Below, piece by piece: positions 48,058 to 58,277 of a stretch of DNA of 64,000 nt. Under the pieces are notes generated by a model that was not told the DNA's origin, did not search any database, and worked only from the letters and a program-made list of their open reading frames with translations. Made by a program: the position numbers and the translations under genes. The DNA comes from Pseudomonadota bacterium (GTDB taxonomy: Bacteria > Pseudomonadota > Gammaproteobacteria > Pseudomonadales > Pseudohongiellaceae). How positions within the stretch are numbered: position 1 is the first letter of the stretch; each line of letters begins with the position of its first letter. The stretch spans positions 12,972 through 76,971 of the forward strand of contig JAQCKF010000010.1 in assembly GCA_027592275.1 (NCBI GenBank), in the 5' to 3' direction.

Positions 48058-48714
48058 ATGTCATCTGCAGCGCCAACAACCTTCTCGAATTCCGATACTG
48101 ACAAGATCATGTTAGCTGCACGTGAGCTTTTCTGTGCGCGAGACGACCGTGTTTTGTTTAAGAATTTGAATTTTGACCTGCCTCAGGGCCAGGTGCTGCA
48201 GGTTCAGGGCAGCAATGGCAGCGGTAAAACCACGCTGATGCGGATTCTCTGTGGTTTGAACGATAGCTATGAAGGTTCAATCAAATGGTATGGGCAGGAA
48301 ATCGAAGATCAAGCTGCTAGTTTCTTTTCTTCGCTACTCTATATAGGCCATAGGGTAGGCGTAAGTAAGGTGCTAACACCGGTAGAGAATCTGCGCTGGA
48401 GTTGCAGTCTCAAGCAAGCGGTTAGTGATGAGCAAATTATGGCGGCGCTCAAAGAAGTCGGACTGCGTGGGTTCGAAGAGTCTCCTTGCTACACGCTATC
48501 AGCTGGGCAACAACAAAGGGTCTCGCTTGCGCGGCTTATCATAAGCCCTGCGTCATTGTGGGTGCTTGATGAGCCTTTTACTACACTTGATTCAAAGGGT
48601 GTGGCGATGCTGGAAAAGATAATGCAGCGCCAGGCTCAAGCCGGTGGTGCGGTTATGGTGACTACGCACCATAGCTTGAGTATTCCCCAGCTAGCACTAT
48701 TGAGTCTGGGTTAG
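48058..48714 (+). CDS. ccmA: heme exporter ATP-binding protein CcmA
   Basis: Walker A GSNGSGKTT and ABC signature LSAGQQQR. The start may be ATG 48109 (MLAARELFC...), by comparison with E. coli CcmA. Confidence 0.9.
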   Translation: MSSAAPTTFSNSDTDKIMLAARELFCARDDRVLFKNLNFDLPQGQVLQVQGSNGSGKTTLMRILCGLNDSYEGSIKWYGQEIEDQAASFFSSLLYIGHRVGVSKVLTPVENLRWSCSLKQAVSDEQIMAALKEVGLRGFEESPCYTLSAGQQQRVSLARLIISPASLWVLDEPFTTLDSKGVAMLEKIMQRQAQAGGAVMVTTHHSLSIPQLALLSLG

Positions 48715-49413
48715 GTGGCGTCTATGACTGAAAAACAGACAACCACCTCTGCTGCGTTCCTTGCAACGCTTAAACGTGACTTGCTAATCGCGTTTAAGAA
48801 GAAAAACGACATAGTTAACCCATTCATGTTCTTTATCATTGTCGTCTCTCTATTCCCAATCGGAATTAGCCCCGAGAGTGATCGGTTGACTGAGATAGCG
48901 GCCGGTGTAATTTGGATTTCTGTATTGCTAGCGTCGATGCTGTCGATGGACAACCTATATAGGTCTGACTTTGAGGATGGCTCACTGGAGCAGCTATTAC
49001 TTAGTCCTCATCCTCTGTTTTTCCTCGTGCTTGCTAAGAATATAAGTCATTGGCTGGTCAGCGGGCTGCCGGTCGTGCTGGTGTCGCCCATATTGGCGTA
49101 TATGCTGGCACTACCCACCGAAGCATATGGAACATTGGTGTTATCCCTGTTGCTGGGCACTCCCATCATGAGTCTGGTTGGATCGATTGCAGTTGCGCTC
49201 ACTGTTGGCTTGGGAAGTCGTGGTCTAATATTGGCGGTCATTACCTTGCCGATGAGCGTACCGGTCCTAATTTTTGGAACTCTGGCCGTTCAATCCACAT
49301 TAAATAGCCAGTCCCCGGTCGGTTATCTAAGCCTCATGCTAGTTATGCTCTCTGTTTCCGTAAGCCTTGCCCCGCTTGCCTCGGCTGCTGCGCTTAAAAT
49401 AAGCGTGAATTAG
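48715..49413 (+). CDS. ccmB: heme exporter membrane protein CcmB
   Basis: FKKKNDIVNPFMFFIIVVSLFPIGISPE and DGSLEQLLLSP match CcmB. GTG 48715 or ATG 48724 are possible starts. Confidence 0.9.
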   Translation: MASMTEKQTTTSAAFLATLKRDLLIAFKKKNDIVNPFMFFIIVVSLFPIGISPESDRLTEIAAGVIWISVLLASMLSMDNLYRSDFEDGSLEQLLLSPHPLFFLVLAKNISHWLVSGLPVVLVSPILAYMLALPTEAYGTLVLSLLLGTPIMSLVGSIAVALTVGLGSRGLILAVITLPMSVPVLIFGTLAVQSTLNSQSPVGYLSLMLVMLSVSVSLAPLASAAALKISVN

Positions 49414-49542
49414 CGTGAACTAGTGAAGATAGGTCCAATAACGGTATAACCGCGTAATTACAATGAGTTACAATACGTAACACGGTGGCATCAGGGCTAC
49501 GTGATATATTTGATTAGCTATAGTAAGAGATAGGCGTTCGTC

Positions 49543-50286
49543 ATGTGGGTATGGTTCTCCAAACTAGGTTCTCCGAAGTGGTTCTATGAACTCAGCGGGA
49601 AATGGCTGCCTTGGCTGATCGCAGCAATGGTTATTTTCATGACTATTGGTCTAGTCTGGGGCCTCGTTTTTCTGCCTCCTGATTATCAACAGGGGTTTAC
49701 GTCCAGAATTCTAATCGTACATGTCGCCGTGGCTGGCACCTCTCTCGCCTTTTTTCCGCTAATGCTTGTAGCAGGAACTATCACTTTGGTCTGGCGCATG
49801 AAACTCGCCGATATGGTGGCCAAACATGCCGCTATCCTCGGTGCCTGGTTCTCGTTCATTACTCTGGCGACCGGCTCTCTTTGGGGAAGCGTGATGTGGG
49901 GAACCTGGTGGGAATGGACAGATAGTAGGCTGGTATCGATGTTGTTCCAATTGTTTCTGCTGCTAGGTGTGATCTCTCTGCGTTCCGCGCTGGAAGATTC
50001 GGAGACAGCGGCAAAGGCCTGCGCCTTACTCTCTATAGTGGGTTGTATCAACGTAGTTATAATCAAGTATTCTGTCGAGTGGTGGAATACCCTGCATCAG
50101 GTTGCAAGTCCTGTGTCTCTAGATCCAAGTAGTCCGAATGGGCCTCAATTTTGGATAGCAACTTTGATTATGATCGTGGCGGTCTATCTATTCCTATCTG
50201 TGAGCCTGATCTTGTCGACACGTAATGAAATATTAGAAAGAGAGCGCAGGTCTCAATGGGTTCAAGACTTGGTGTTGAAGAATTAG
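49543..50286 (+). CDS. ccmC: heme lyase/exporter subunit CcmC
   Basis: WWD-type motif WGSVMWGTWWEWTDSRL. Confidence 0.93.
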   Translation: MWVWFSKLGSPKWFYELSGKWLPWLIAAMVIFMTIGLVWGLVFLPPDYQQGFTSRILIVHVAVAGTSLAFFPLMLVAGTITLVWRMKLADMVAKHAAILGAWFSFITLATGSLWGSVMWGTWWEWTDSRLVSMLFQLFLLLGVISLRSALEDSETAAKACALLSIVGCINVVIIKYSVEWWNTLHQVASPVSLDPSSPNGPQFWIATLIMIVAVYLFLSVSLILSTRNEILERERRSQWVQDLVLKN

Positions 50287-50328
50287 GCAGTTCAGAGAGT
50301 TTACAAAAGGTTTTTTGAAGGACAGTAG

Positions 50329-50544
50329 ATGTTAGATGCAATACAGTTTTCAACCTGGGCCGAATTTATCGACATGGGTGGTTACGGATTCAATGTATGG
50401 TCGGTATACGCACTCTTCGCTATCCTAGTTGCGGCTAACCTCATACTGCCTTGGCGTAAGAAACAAAAGATTGTTCGTCAGCTAAGGCACCGCCTGACTT
50501 TAGATGCTGAGATTCAAAGTGAAGATAGTAGTGATGGCGATTAG
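50329..50544 (+). CDS. ccmD: heme exporter protein CcmD
   Basis: FSTWAEFIDMGGYGFNVWSVYA matches the CcmD motif (..MGGY..FVW). Position between ccmC and ccmE. Confidence 0.85.
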   Translation: MLDAIQFSTWAEFIDMGGYGFNVWSVYALFAILVAANLILPWRKKQKIVRQLRHRLTLDAEIQSEDSSDGD

Positions 50545-50579
50545 ACCCCATTAGAGTATTTATCGTTTCGGAGTAGTAA

Positions 50580-51041
50580 ATGAAACCCCATAGACGTAAG
50601 AAGCTCGGAATTATTTTGTTTATAGCTGCCGGCCTTAGCGTTGCAGTTGGCTTTACCGCCTTCGCACTGAAGCAAAATATTAATATGTTTTACACACCAA
50701 CCCAAGTTGCAGAAGGTGAAGTTGGCGTGGGACTGCATTTTAGAATAGGCGGCATGGTAAAGACGGGTACCGTTCTTGGTGCGAGCGACAGTTTAAAAGT
50801 GAATTTCGTGACAACGGATTTCGTAAGCGATGTGCCAATTCAATATGAGGGAATCTTGCCTGATCTATTTCGCGAGGGGCAGGGGATTGTAGCCGAGGGT
50901 GAAATGGACGCCGCCGGTGTCTTTCAGGCGTCGCGAGTTTTGGCTAAACACGACGAAAATTTCATGTCGCCAGAAGTTAAGGCCGCTTTAGATGCATCGG
51001 GCGCCACTGCCGATAACCATATGCCAGGGGGGGAAAACTAG
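50580..51041 (+). CDS. ccmE: cytochrome c maturation heme chaperone CcmE
   Basis: N-terminal anchor plus the heme-binding region VLAKHDENFMSPEV. Confidence 0.93.
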   Translation: MKPHRRKKLGIILFIAAGLSVAVGFTAFALKQNINMFYTPTQVAEGEVGVGLHFRIGGMVKTGTVLGASDSLKVNFVTTDFVSDVPIQYEGILPDLFREGQGIVAEGEMDAAGVFQASRVLAKHDENFMSPEVKAALDASGATADNHMPGGEN

Positions 51042-53048
51042 ATGATTCCTGAGGTAGGTTCGTTCTCACTAATATTAGCGTTATGCCTTAGCATGATACT
51101 TGCCACTCTGCCTATTATCGGTGCTTATCAGAATAATTTCCTATGGATGAGTATGGCTCGCCCACTTTCGGCTGGTGTGTTTGTATTCCTAGCTATAAGT
51201 ATCGCTATTCTAGCTTACGCGTTTGTTACCGACGATTTCTCTGTTCAGTTTGTGGCTCAACACTCTAATTCTCTGTTACCTGATCGCTATAAATTTACGG
51301 CAGTGTGGGGCGGGCACGAGGGATCGTTCCTGCTTTGGACATTCATGCTTGCGGGCTGGATGTTAGCCGTCGCTATCTTTAGTAAAAGCATGCCTCTGGA
51401 ATTCGTCGCTAGGGTCTTAGGCGTTCTAGGATTTCTCATTACCGGTTACATTTTATTTATGCTGGCGACATCGAATCCCTTCGATCGCATTGTGCCATTA
51501 CCGCCAATCGATGGTGCGGACTTAAATTCGGCGCTACAGGATTTTGGTTTTATTATTCACCCCCCAACTCTCTACATGGGCTACGTGGGTTTTTCTGTAG
51601 TGTTCGCGTTCGCGATGGCTGCACTGTTGAGCGGGAAGATGGATGCGGCGTGGGCACGTTGGTGCCGTCCCTGGGCTAACATTGCTTGGGCAATTCTGAC
51701 GTTGGGTATTGCGCTTGGCAGCTGGTGGGCCTATTACGAACTCGGTTGGGGCGGTTGGTGGGCTTGGGATCCGGTCGAGAATCCACCTCTGATAACTTGG
51801 CTATTCGGCACAGCGTTGATTCATTCCTTGGCGGCTACCGAGAAACGCGGCGTCTTCAAGGCATGGACCGTGTTGTTAGCGATATTGGCCTTTGCCGGCA
51901 GCTTGTTAGGCACCTTTATTACCCGCTCAGGTTTGTTAACTTCGGTGCACGCATTTGCGAGTGATCCAGACAGAGGATTCTTCATATTGGCCATTCTTGG
52001 CATAACTGTTGGCGGCGCCTTGTTGTTGTTTGCATTTAGAGCACCACTGATGAAGAGTGAGTTTGGCTTCGATCTAGTTTCGCGTGAGATCCTATTACTC
52101 TCAAATAACGTTATCTTGGTGGTGGCAGCGGCGTCTGTATTCTTAGGCACGCTATTTCCGATGGTGTACCAGGCGATCACAGACGATCTGATCTCAATTG
52201 GCCCCCCTTACTTCAACGCAATCTTTATCCCGCTGATGGCGCTTCTCGCACTGCTACTCTCAATTGGTCCGTACACGCGTTGGAAGCGCACCTCGACGAC
52301 TTATCTAATGCAGCAGCTTGGTAAAGTCGCATTGGCAGCCCTCGCGTTAGGTGTTGTGCTTCCATTATTAGTTACGGGGCAGATTTCGCTACCGGCAACC
52401 ATGGCTGTCGCAATTGGCTCGTGGATCATTTTGGCGATGCTGCAGGATTTAGTGAACAAGACGGCGAACAAGGCAACACGCCTAAAAGGACTTCGCGCGT
52501 TGTCGTTCAGCTACTATGGAATGCAGATGGCGCACATGGGTATGGCCGTCATGCTTATCGGCGTAGCGTTGACGAGCAGCTTTAGTTTGGAGCGCAGCGT
52601 TCTGTTGTCTCCAGGACAAGATGTAGGGCTGGGCAACTATGTATTTCAGTTCGAAGGTACGGCTCCGGTCAATGGTCCGAACTATGTGGGAGAGCAGGCG
52701 ACTTTCATTGTGCTGCAGCAAGGCGAGGAAATAGCGATCTTGCATCCAGAACGCAGGATCTATTTGGCTACGAATACTCCATCGACTGAGATGGCTATTG
52801 ATGCAGGCTTCTTACGCGATCTTTTCATCACACTGGGAGAGCAGAAGGAAGGGGATTCTTGGTCAATGACGATCTATGTGAAACCTTTCGTTCGATGGAT
52901 ATGGCTAGGCGCCATTTTCATGACATTTGGAGGCATCTTAGCGGCGGCTGATAAGCGCTATCGGCGCCTGCGTAGAAAGCAGACTGAATCGAATCGTGAA
53001 TCGGAAAAATCGAATTCTATCGGAGGCGAGCTGCCAGCTAGCTCCTAG
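51042..53048 (+). CDS. ccmF: cytochrome c heme lyase subunit CcmF
   Basis: WWD motif WGGWWAWDPVEN and a polytopic 668-aa protein. Confidence 0.95.
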   Translation: MIPEVGSFSLILALCLSMILATLPIIGAYQNNFLWMSMARPLSAGVFVFLAISIAILAYAFVTDDFSVQFVAQHSNSLLPDRYKFTAVWGGHEGSFLLWTFMLAGWMLAVAIFSKSMPLEFVARVLGVLGFLITGYILFMLATSNPFDRIVPLPPIDGADLNSALQDFGFIIHPPTLYMGYVGFSVVFAFAMAALLSGKMDAAWARWCRPWANIAWAILTLGIALGSWWAYYELGWGGWWAWDPVENPPLITWLFGTALIHSLAATEKRGVFKAWTVLLAILAFAGSLLGTFITRSGLLTSVHAFASDPDRGFFILAILGITVGGALLLFAFRAPLMKSEFGFDLVSREILLLSNNVILVVAAASVFLGTLFPMVYQAITDDLISIGPPYFNAIFIPLMALLALLLSIGPYTRWKRTSTTYLMQQLGKVALAALALGVVLPLLVTGQISLPATMAVAIGSWIILAMLQDLVNKTANKATRLKGLRALSFSYYGMQMAHMGMAVMLIGVALTSSFSLERSVLLSPGQDVGLGNYVFQFEGTAPVNGPNYVGEQATFIVLQQGEEIAILHPERRIYLATNTPSTEMAIDAGFLRDLFITLGEQKEGDSWSMTIYVKPFVRWIWLGAIFMTFGGILAAADKRYRRLRRKQTESNRESEKSNSIGGELPASS

Positions 53049-53057
53049 TACGAATCG

Positions 53058-53591
53058 ATGAATAAGCTAAAATTTTATCTGCCAGTTCTTGGTTTTGTTG
53101 TTGTCGCGATAGCGCTTTGGCGAGGTCTGTATTTGGACACCAAGACTCTGCCATCGATGCTAATCGACAAGCCTATGCCTAGCTTCGAATTAACTTCGGT
53201 AGATGGCAGCGTGGTCAGCAACTCGGACTTACCCGGTCAAATATTCTTGCTGAATGTGTGGGGGTCGTATTGTCTTCCCTGTCTAATCGAGCACCCGACC
53301 CTCATGCGCTTATCAGAAGAAGGGGAGATTCCTGTCGTAGGAGTGAACTATCGTGATAGGCAGGCCTTAGCTGTCGATTGGCTAGCGGAAAATGGTAATC
53401 CATTCTCGTTTAGCATATTGGATGAGAGCGGACGTTTCGGCATCGATCTGGGTGTCTATGGTGCGCCAGAAACCTATCTAGTAGACGCGAACGGCGTCAT
53501 TCGCTTTCGCCATGTGAGCGTGCTCGACGAGACAGTTTGGCAAGAACAGTTCCTGCCGGCGATAGCCGAATTGCGCGAAGAAGGCAGTTAA
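53058..53591 (+). CDS. ccmG: thiol:disulfide oxidoreductase DsbE/CcmG
   Basis: Thioredoxin-fold active site WGSYCLPC and GVYGAPETYL. Confidence 0.92.
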   Translation: MNKLKFYLPVLGFVVVAIALWRGLYLDTKTLPSMLIDKPMPSFELTSVDGSVVSNSDLPGQIFLLNVWGSYCLPCLIEHPTLMRLSEEGEIPVVGVNYRDRQALAVDWLAENGNPFSFSILDESGRFGIDLGVYGAPETYLVDANGVIRFRHVSVLDETVWQEQFLPAIAELREEGS

Positions 53592-53595
53592 GATA

Positions 53596-54102
53596 ATGAA
53601 CTCAACGGCCACCCTAATAAGTCGCAATGTGTTTCTAGCTTTAGCATCAATCATCGTATTGCTTTGCAGTTTACTGCTGCCCAGCACAACGTATTCACAG
53701 GTCGATACATTCGAATTCGATACCGAAGTACAACAAACAAGGTTTCGTACCCTATCGGATGAACTTCGCTGTCCTATGTGCCAGAACTCAAGCCTTTCGG
53801 GTTCAACTGGCGGAGTCGCTGAGGATCTGCGCAGAGAAGTACATCGCATGATCATGGAAGGCAGAAGCGATAGTGAAATTATTCAGTTTATGTTCGAGCG
53901 CTATGGAGACTTTATTCTATTTCGTCCGCGGCTAACCGCCGGAACAGTATTTTTATGGTTTGGCCCCTTGCTGTTCCTTTTCACCGGCGGTCTATTTGCC
54001 TTTGGGATTTGGCGGCGGGCTAGAAAAATTACTGACAGCGATACCGAACTGGATAAGTATCAGCAAAAGCGCCTGCAGCAACTGTTAGGCGATAAAAGCT
54101 AA
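53596..54102 (+). CDS. ccmH: cytochrome c-type biogenesis protein CcmH
   Basis: LRCPMCQNSSL CxxC motif and a C-terminal TM segment. Confidence 0.9.
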   Translation: MNSTATLISRNVFLALASIIVLLCSLLLPSTTYSQVDTFEFDTEVQQTRFRTLSDELRCPMCQNSSLSGSTGGVAEDLRREVHRMIMEGRSDSEIIQFMFERYGDFILFRPRLTAGTVFLWFGPLLFLFTGGLFAFGIWRRARKITDSDTELDKYQQKRLQQLLGDKS

Positions 54103-54132
54103 TTCAAATTTACTTATAATTGGAATAACCAC

Positions 54133-55380
54133 TTGTTCTGGATATTTACTGTAATACTTTTCGTAATGGCCGTAGGCTTTGTTTTGCTTCCTTTGTGGAT
54201 TCGCAATAGAGCCGAGTCATTTGTTGAAGATGCGTCGCGAAAGAATGAAAATATTGCGCTCTTTCAGGAGCGTAGTGACGAACTTGAAAACGAACTTGCT
54301 TCTGGCAACCTCGGTCAAGCTGAGTTCGATGTGCTAATTCAAGAGATGCAGCAAAGCTTATTATTAGACGTCTCGGATGAAGAGCTAACAACAAAGAGCA
54401 AGAAAGAGAAAAAAGCAGCCGCAAAGTCTCCTGCTTATAACTTAATTATCCCACTACTGCTGTGCCTATTAATGCCGATCGTAGCCTACGGCTTGTACGA
54501 CGAGTGGGGTTTTAAGAACGATGTCGAATTGATGGGGTTGTTTCAGCGAACTGTGAACAATCGAGACAATCCACAAGAATCTCAGGATTTAATTATTAGC
54601 TTGGGCGAGGTGGTCCAGGCAGATGATGACCGACCTTGGGCATGGTATTTTTTAGCAGAAAATTTCGCCAGCATCGGCATGTTCACAGAAGCAGAGATCG
54701 CCTATACGCAATCGGCGGGGCGTATGGATGAGACGCCTGAGAAGGCGCTTGTGCTAGGTAGAGTTGCGATGGCTAAGTATATCCTAGCCGAGTTTACCTT
54801 TACTGCCGACATTCTCGAAGTAATTAGCGAAGCGCGCGCGATCAATCCTAACGAAATTACAATACTGCAATTAATTGCAGCTGATGCAGAAGAGCGAGAG
54901 GACTTTGAAACCGCTATAGAGTATTGGCGACTTATTATTCAGAGTAATCCAAATAGCGAGCAGGCCCAAATTCTTCGACGCAGCATCGCCATCGCACAGC
55001 AGCGCTTAGCTGGAGATGGACAAGATGTTGTAGCTGGGCCAACCATCGAGATTGATCTCTCGTTAGCCGAGGGTTTGGAGATTGATGGGAGCCTTCGTGT
55101 ATTTGTGGCGGTACGCAATGCGGCGCAAGAGGGCCTACCTCCACTCGCTGCTATCGATCTCACTGTTGCTGATCTACCCGCGAACATTCAGCTCGACAAT
55201 TCATATGCTGTCGGTCCGTTCAATATCTCTTCCGCTGAGACGGTTTTCGTTTCGGCCTCCGTCTCGTTCACCGGCTCAGCTACCCCCACCTCCGGCGACT
55301 ATCGCTCGCAGTCAGACAATTTTTCACATAATGGTCAGAGAGCTATTATCAGTCTGGAAATTGTAGATCGAGTACCCTGA
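54133..55380 (+). CDS. ccmI: c-type cytochrome biogenesis protein CcmI (TPR)
   Basis: TTG start, N-terminal TM helices, TPR-like region. Last position in the ccm operon. Confidence 0.8.
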   Translation: MFWIFTVILFVMAVGFVLLPLWIRNRAESFVEDASRKNENIALFQERSDELENELASGNLGQAEFDVLIQEMQQSLLLDVSDEELTTKSKKEKKAAAKSPAYNLIIPLLLCLLMPIVAYGLYDEWGFKNDVELMGLFQRTVNNRDNPQESQDLIISLGEVVQADDDRPWAWYFLAENFASIGMFTEAEIAYTQSAGRMDETPEKALVLGRVAMAKYILAEFTFTADILEVISEARAINPNEITILQLIAADAEEREDFETAIEYWRLIIQSNPNSEQAQILRRSIAIAQQRLAGDGQDVVAGPTIEIDLSLAEGLEIDGSLRVFVAVRNAAQEGLPPLAAIDLTVADLPANIQLDNSYAVGPFNISSAETVFVSASVSFTGSATPTSGDYRSQSDNFSHNGQRAIISLEIVDRVP

Positions 55381-55416
55381 TCGTGTTGAAAAGTTTACTG
55401 TCAGAACGAGAGTCAA

Positions 55417-56043
55417 ATGTATTGGGCTGAATTTTTTACTATTGCAATTGCACATTTGTTCGCAGTTGCCTCTCCCGGACCGGACTTTGCGGTTGTCATG
55501 CGGCAGAGTGTACGGTGTGGCACACGATCGGGGATTTGGACAAGCCTCGGCGTTGGCAGTGCCATACTGTTGCATGTGGCATATTGCCTGTTAGGTGTGG
55601 CGCTCCTTCTTTCGCAGTCACCGGCACTATTTAATACAATGAAATTTCTAGCGGCAGGCTACCTGTTCTATTTGGGAGTGCAGTCAATTCGCGCTTCTGT
55701 TGTTCAGCAAGTAGAAGAAGGGGAAGCTACTGAAGAGCCGGTACTATCGGCAGCGCGTGCATTTGGTTTGGGCTTCCTAACAAACGGCTTGAATCCGAAG
55801 GCCACGCTGTTTTTCCTCGCTCTTTTCACTGTAGTCATCGATCCCAATACGCCGACCTCTATCCAGATCATGTATGGCTTATACCTTGCTGTAGCGACTT
55901 TCCTTTGGTTCACTCTTTTATCCCTACTCTTAGGGGTTCCACGGGTAAGGGTGTTCATCCTAAGAATAGGGATATGGTTGGAGCGCGCCATGGGGGCGAT
56001 TTTAATATTGATCTCCCTACAGATAGTGCTAAATGGAGCCTAG
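55417..56043 (+). CDS. LysE/RhtB family amino-acid exporter
   Basis: 208 aa, six hydrophobic segments, N-terminal ASPGPDFAVVMRQS motif. Confidence 0.85.
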   Translation: MYWAEFFTIAIAHLFAVASPGPDFAVVMRQSVRCGTRSGIWTSLGVGSAILLHVAYCLLGVALLLSQSPALFNTMKFLAAGYLFYLGVQSIRASVVQQVEEGEATEEPVLSAARAFGLGFLTNGLNPKATLFFLALFTVVIDPNTPTSIQIMYGLYLAVATFLWFTLLSLLLGVPRVRVFILRIGIWLERAMGAILILISLQIVLNGA

Positions 56044-56131
56044 ACGAAGATGCTAAGCAGACCGAAACTGCATGCAGCACAGTGCATTTGGGCCAGAATC
56101 TGCGGTATAGTTGCGATCAAGGAAAATTGAT

Positions 56132-57139
56132 ATGCCAGATAACAGTCAAGTGACAGAGCTGATCGACAAATTCGGAAGACGGGTGGACTATATTCGCCTG
56201 TCTGTTACTGATCGTTGTGATTTTCGCTGCGTTTATTGCATGACCGAGGATATGACGTTCCTGCCACGCGATCAGATTTTGTCTCTAGAAGAGTTGTATC
56301 GCGTCGCGAAGGTGTTTACCGAATTGGGCGTTAAGAAGATTCGGTTAACCGGTGGCGAGCCGATGGTGCGATCAAATGTGATGTCGCTAATCGAAAAGTT
56401 AGGTGCGCTTCCAGGTCTCGAGGAGCTTCTGCTGACTACCAATGGCGCACAGTTGGAAAAGTACGCGATCCCATTGAAGGCCGCGGGTGTGAATAGAATT
56501 AATATCAGCATTGACAGTCTTGATGCTGAGCGCTTCAAGCGAATCTCGCGCGTTGGAAAACTCGATAAGGTGCTAGCTGGAATTGAAGCGGCAAGTGCAG
56601 CGGGGTTCGAGAGAATACGGCTAAATTCTGTAGTTATGAGAGGCTATAACGAGGATGAGGTTCTAGATTTAGCGGACTATGCTGTTGAGCACGATCTCGA
56701 TATCGCATTCATTGAAGAGATGCCGCTTGGCGAAGCCTCGGACCATGCTCGAGAAGATACAACCTGCAGCAATGCCTGGGTGAGAGAGAAGATTGAAGAG
56801 AAATATCAACTCGTTGACAGCGCCGAAACGACGGCTGGGCCTGCCCGCTTCGCAAAAATTGCGGATCACAAAAGTCGTATAGGTTTTATATCGCCAGTCA
56901 CGCATAATTTTTGTGAAGACTGTAATCGGGTGCGAGTAACGGTTGAGGGGCGATTGCTGCTCTGTCTTGGCAATGAGCACTCTGTAGATTTGCGTGCCAT
57001 CTTACGTAATCCAAAGAATGACGATACTGTTTTAAAGCAGGCCTTAATCGACTCCATGCAAATAAAGCCAGAGCGTCATTACTTCTTTGATAAAGATCAC
57101 GCCCAGCCGGTTCGCCTGATGAATATGACTGGCGGCTAG
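56132..57139 (+). CDS. moaA: GTP 3',8-cyclase
   Basis: Radical-SAM CDFRCVYC and C-terminal cluster motif FCEDCNRVRVT. ATG 56132 follows AAGGA; the track start TTG 56111 is less likely. Confidence 0.95.
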   Translation: MPDNSQVTELIDKFGRRVDYIRLSVTDRCDFRCVYCMTEDMTFLPRDQILSLEELYRVAKVFTELGVKKIRLTGGEPMVRSNVMSLIEKLGALPGLEELLLTTNGAQLEKYAIPLKAAGVNRINISIDSLDAERFKRISRVGKLDKVLAGIEAASAAGFERIRLNSVVMRGYNEDEVLDLADYAVEHDLDIAFIEEMPLGEASDHAREDTTCSNAWVREKIEEKYQLVDSAETTAGPARFAKIADHKSRIGFISPVTHNFCEDCNRVRVTVEGRLLLCLGNEHSVDLRAILRNPKNDDTVLKQALIDSMQIKPERHYFFDKDHAQPVRLMNMTGG

Positions 57140-57201
57140 CTACTAGCCTGCCTTGCTTCGACCCCATTCAATAGTTTCTAAAACACACACAGAGAGTCAA
57201 A

Positions 57202-57705
57202 ATGCCTTCCTTTATCCCGTTGAATATTGCTGTGGTAACAGTTTCTGATACGCGTACAGAGGATACCGATAAATCCGGCCTGGTACTTGTCGAGAGACTA
57301 CTCAGCGCTGGGCATAAGCTGCACGCAAAGACCATAGTCAAAGACGATGTTTTCCAGTTACGAGCGGAAGTTTCTTCATTGATTGCGGACTGCGCTGTGC
57401 AGGCGATCTTGCTAACAGGCGGCACCGGTTTTACTGCGAGAGACAATACAGTTACAGCGATCGAGCCTTTGTTGGATACCCCCATAGAGGGATTTGGCGA
57501 ATTGTTTCGGCAACTCTCCTATCAGGAGATAGGCAGTTCTACGATTCAATCACGTGCTTTTGCCGGATTGATTAATGGAGCGATAGTGTTCTGCGTACCG
57601 GGTTCGCCAGGTGCCTGCGCTACGGCCTGGGATAAGATTATTTCAGAGCAGCTAGACAGTACGCATAAACCTTGTAATTTTACAGATAAGCTTAGGCAGA
57701 ATTAG
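57202..57705 (+). CDS. moaB: molybdenum cofactor biosynthesis protein B
   Basis: MoaB/MogA fold motifs LTGGTGFTARD and GFGELFR...PGSPGA. Confidence 0.9.
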   Translation: MPSFIPLNIAVVTVSDTRTEDTDKSGLVLVERLLSAGHKLHAKTIVKDDVFQLRAEVSSLIADCAVQAILLTGGTGFTARDNTVTAIEPLLDTPIEGFGELFRQLSYQEIGSSTIQSRAFAGLINGAIVFCVPGSPGACATAWDKIISEQLDSTHKPCNFTDKLRQN

Positions 57706-57866
57706 ATCATCGCCATTTGATTGGGCTGTGTTTTGGGCGGTGTTTTTGGCGCGACCTTTTTCGGGACGAAAAAAAACACCAGTATAAATATTCTATTTAG
57801 GCTGGTGTCTAGTCAGTGCGTAAATCAATTAAAGGGCTTTGCATAAAGCCTCCTATTCGAATTGGC

Positions 57867-57980
57867 TTAGACGGTCGCGTATACGATTGCGGCTGGAACT
57901 GCTAATGCAGCTACTACCAGTAGAACACTGATAACTGTCGCTTCGATAACGGGCCGTACTCTGTTGAGTGCCTTGCTCAT
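57867..57980 (-). CDS. possible 37-aa hydrophobic membrane peptide
   Basis: Not in ORF track. GAGGAG 6 nt upstream of ATG 57980. Sequence MSKALNRVRPVIEATVISVLLVVAALAVPAAIVYATV. A GGCTTT-GCAT-AAAGCC hairpin (about 57835-57850) with a T-rich tail on the minus strand follows the stop. Confidence 0.45.
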   Translation of the reverse strand: MSKALNRVRPVIEATVISVLLVVAALAVPAAIVYATV

Positions 57981-58110
57981 TACTTTCTCCTCGGTTTGAT
58001 GGTTGGGCCTAAGTTGATCTGGGATTCCTTCTCAACTACGGGGCACATAGTAACACATATTGAGAGGATATGTAACATTATAAGCTGTTTTGATGCTATT
58101 TGTGGAAAGA

Positions 58111-58277
58111 TGTAACAGCTGGTAACAATATTAATTAATTGTATTTATTTCAATAGGTTAAAGTCATTAATTTAGAAATAGAGAGCTGTATAGGCTGTAT
58201 TTTCTCGATATTGCTTAACCAAAGACCCCTAACTATTTGAATTATTATGTAAATCATGAATGTAACAATTAGTAACA
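58111..58277. promoter_or_regulatory. two copies of direct-repeat motif ATGTAACA-N4-GTAACAA
   Basis: ATGTAACAGCTGGTAACAA at 58110-58128 and ATGTAACAATTAGTAACAA at 58260-58278. Further GTAACA copies at 58050 and 58072. Lies in the AT-rich divergent region between the 37-aa ORF and xthA. Confidence 0.45.

Noticed and set aside
56044-56131. Expected Moco riboswitch upstream of moaA
   Set aside because: Only 88 nt are available, and I could not find the conserved Moco-motif elements. There is only a small TGCATGCA-containing hairpin.
57739-57808. Hairpins after moaB (GGTGTTTTT...AAAAACACC; ACACCAG...CTGGTGT) considered as a canonical terminator
   Set aside because: The loops are 19-24 nt and the stems are A/T-rich. 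They may contribute to termination but do not fit a confident intrinsic terminator.
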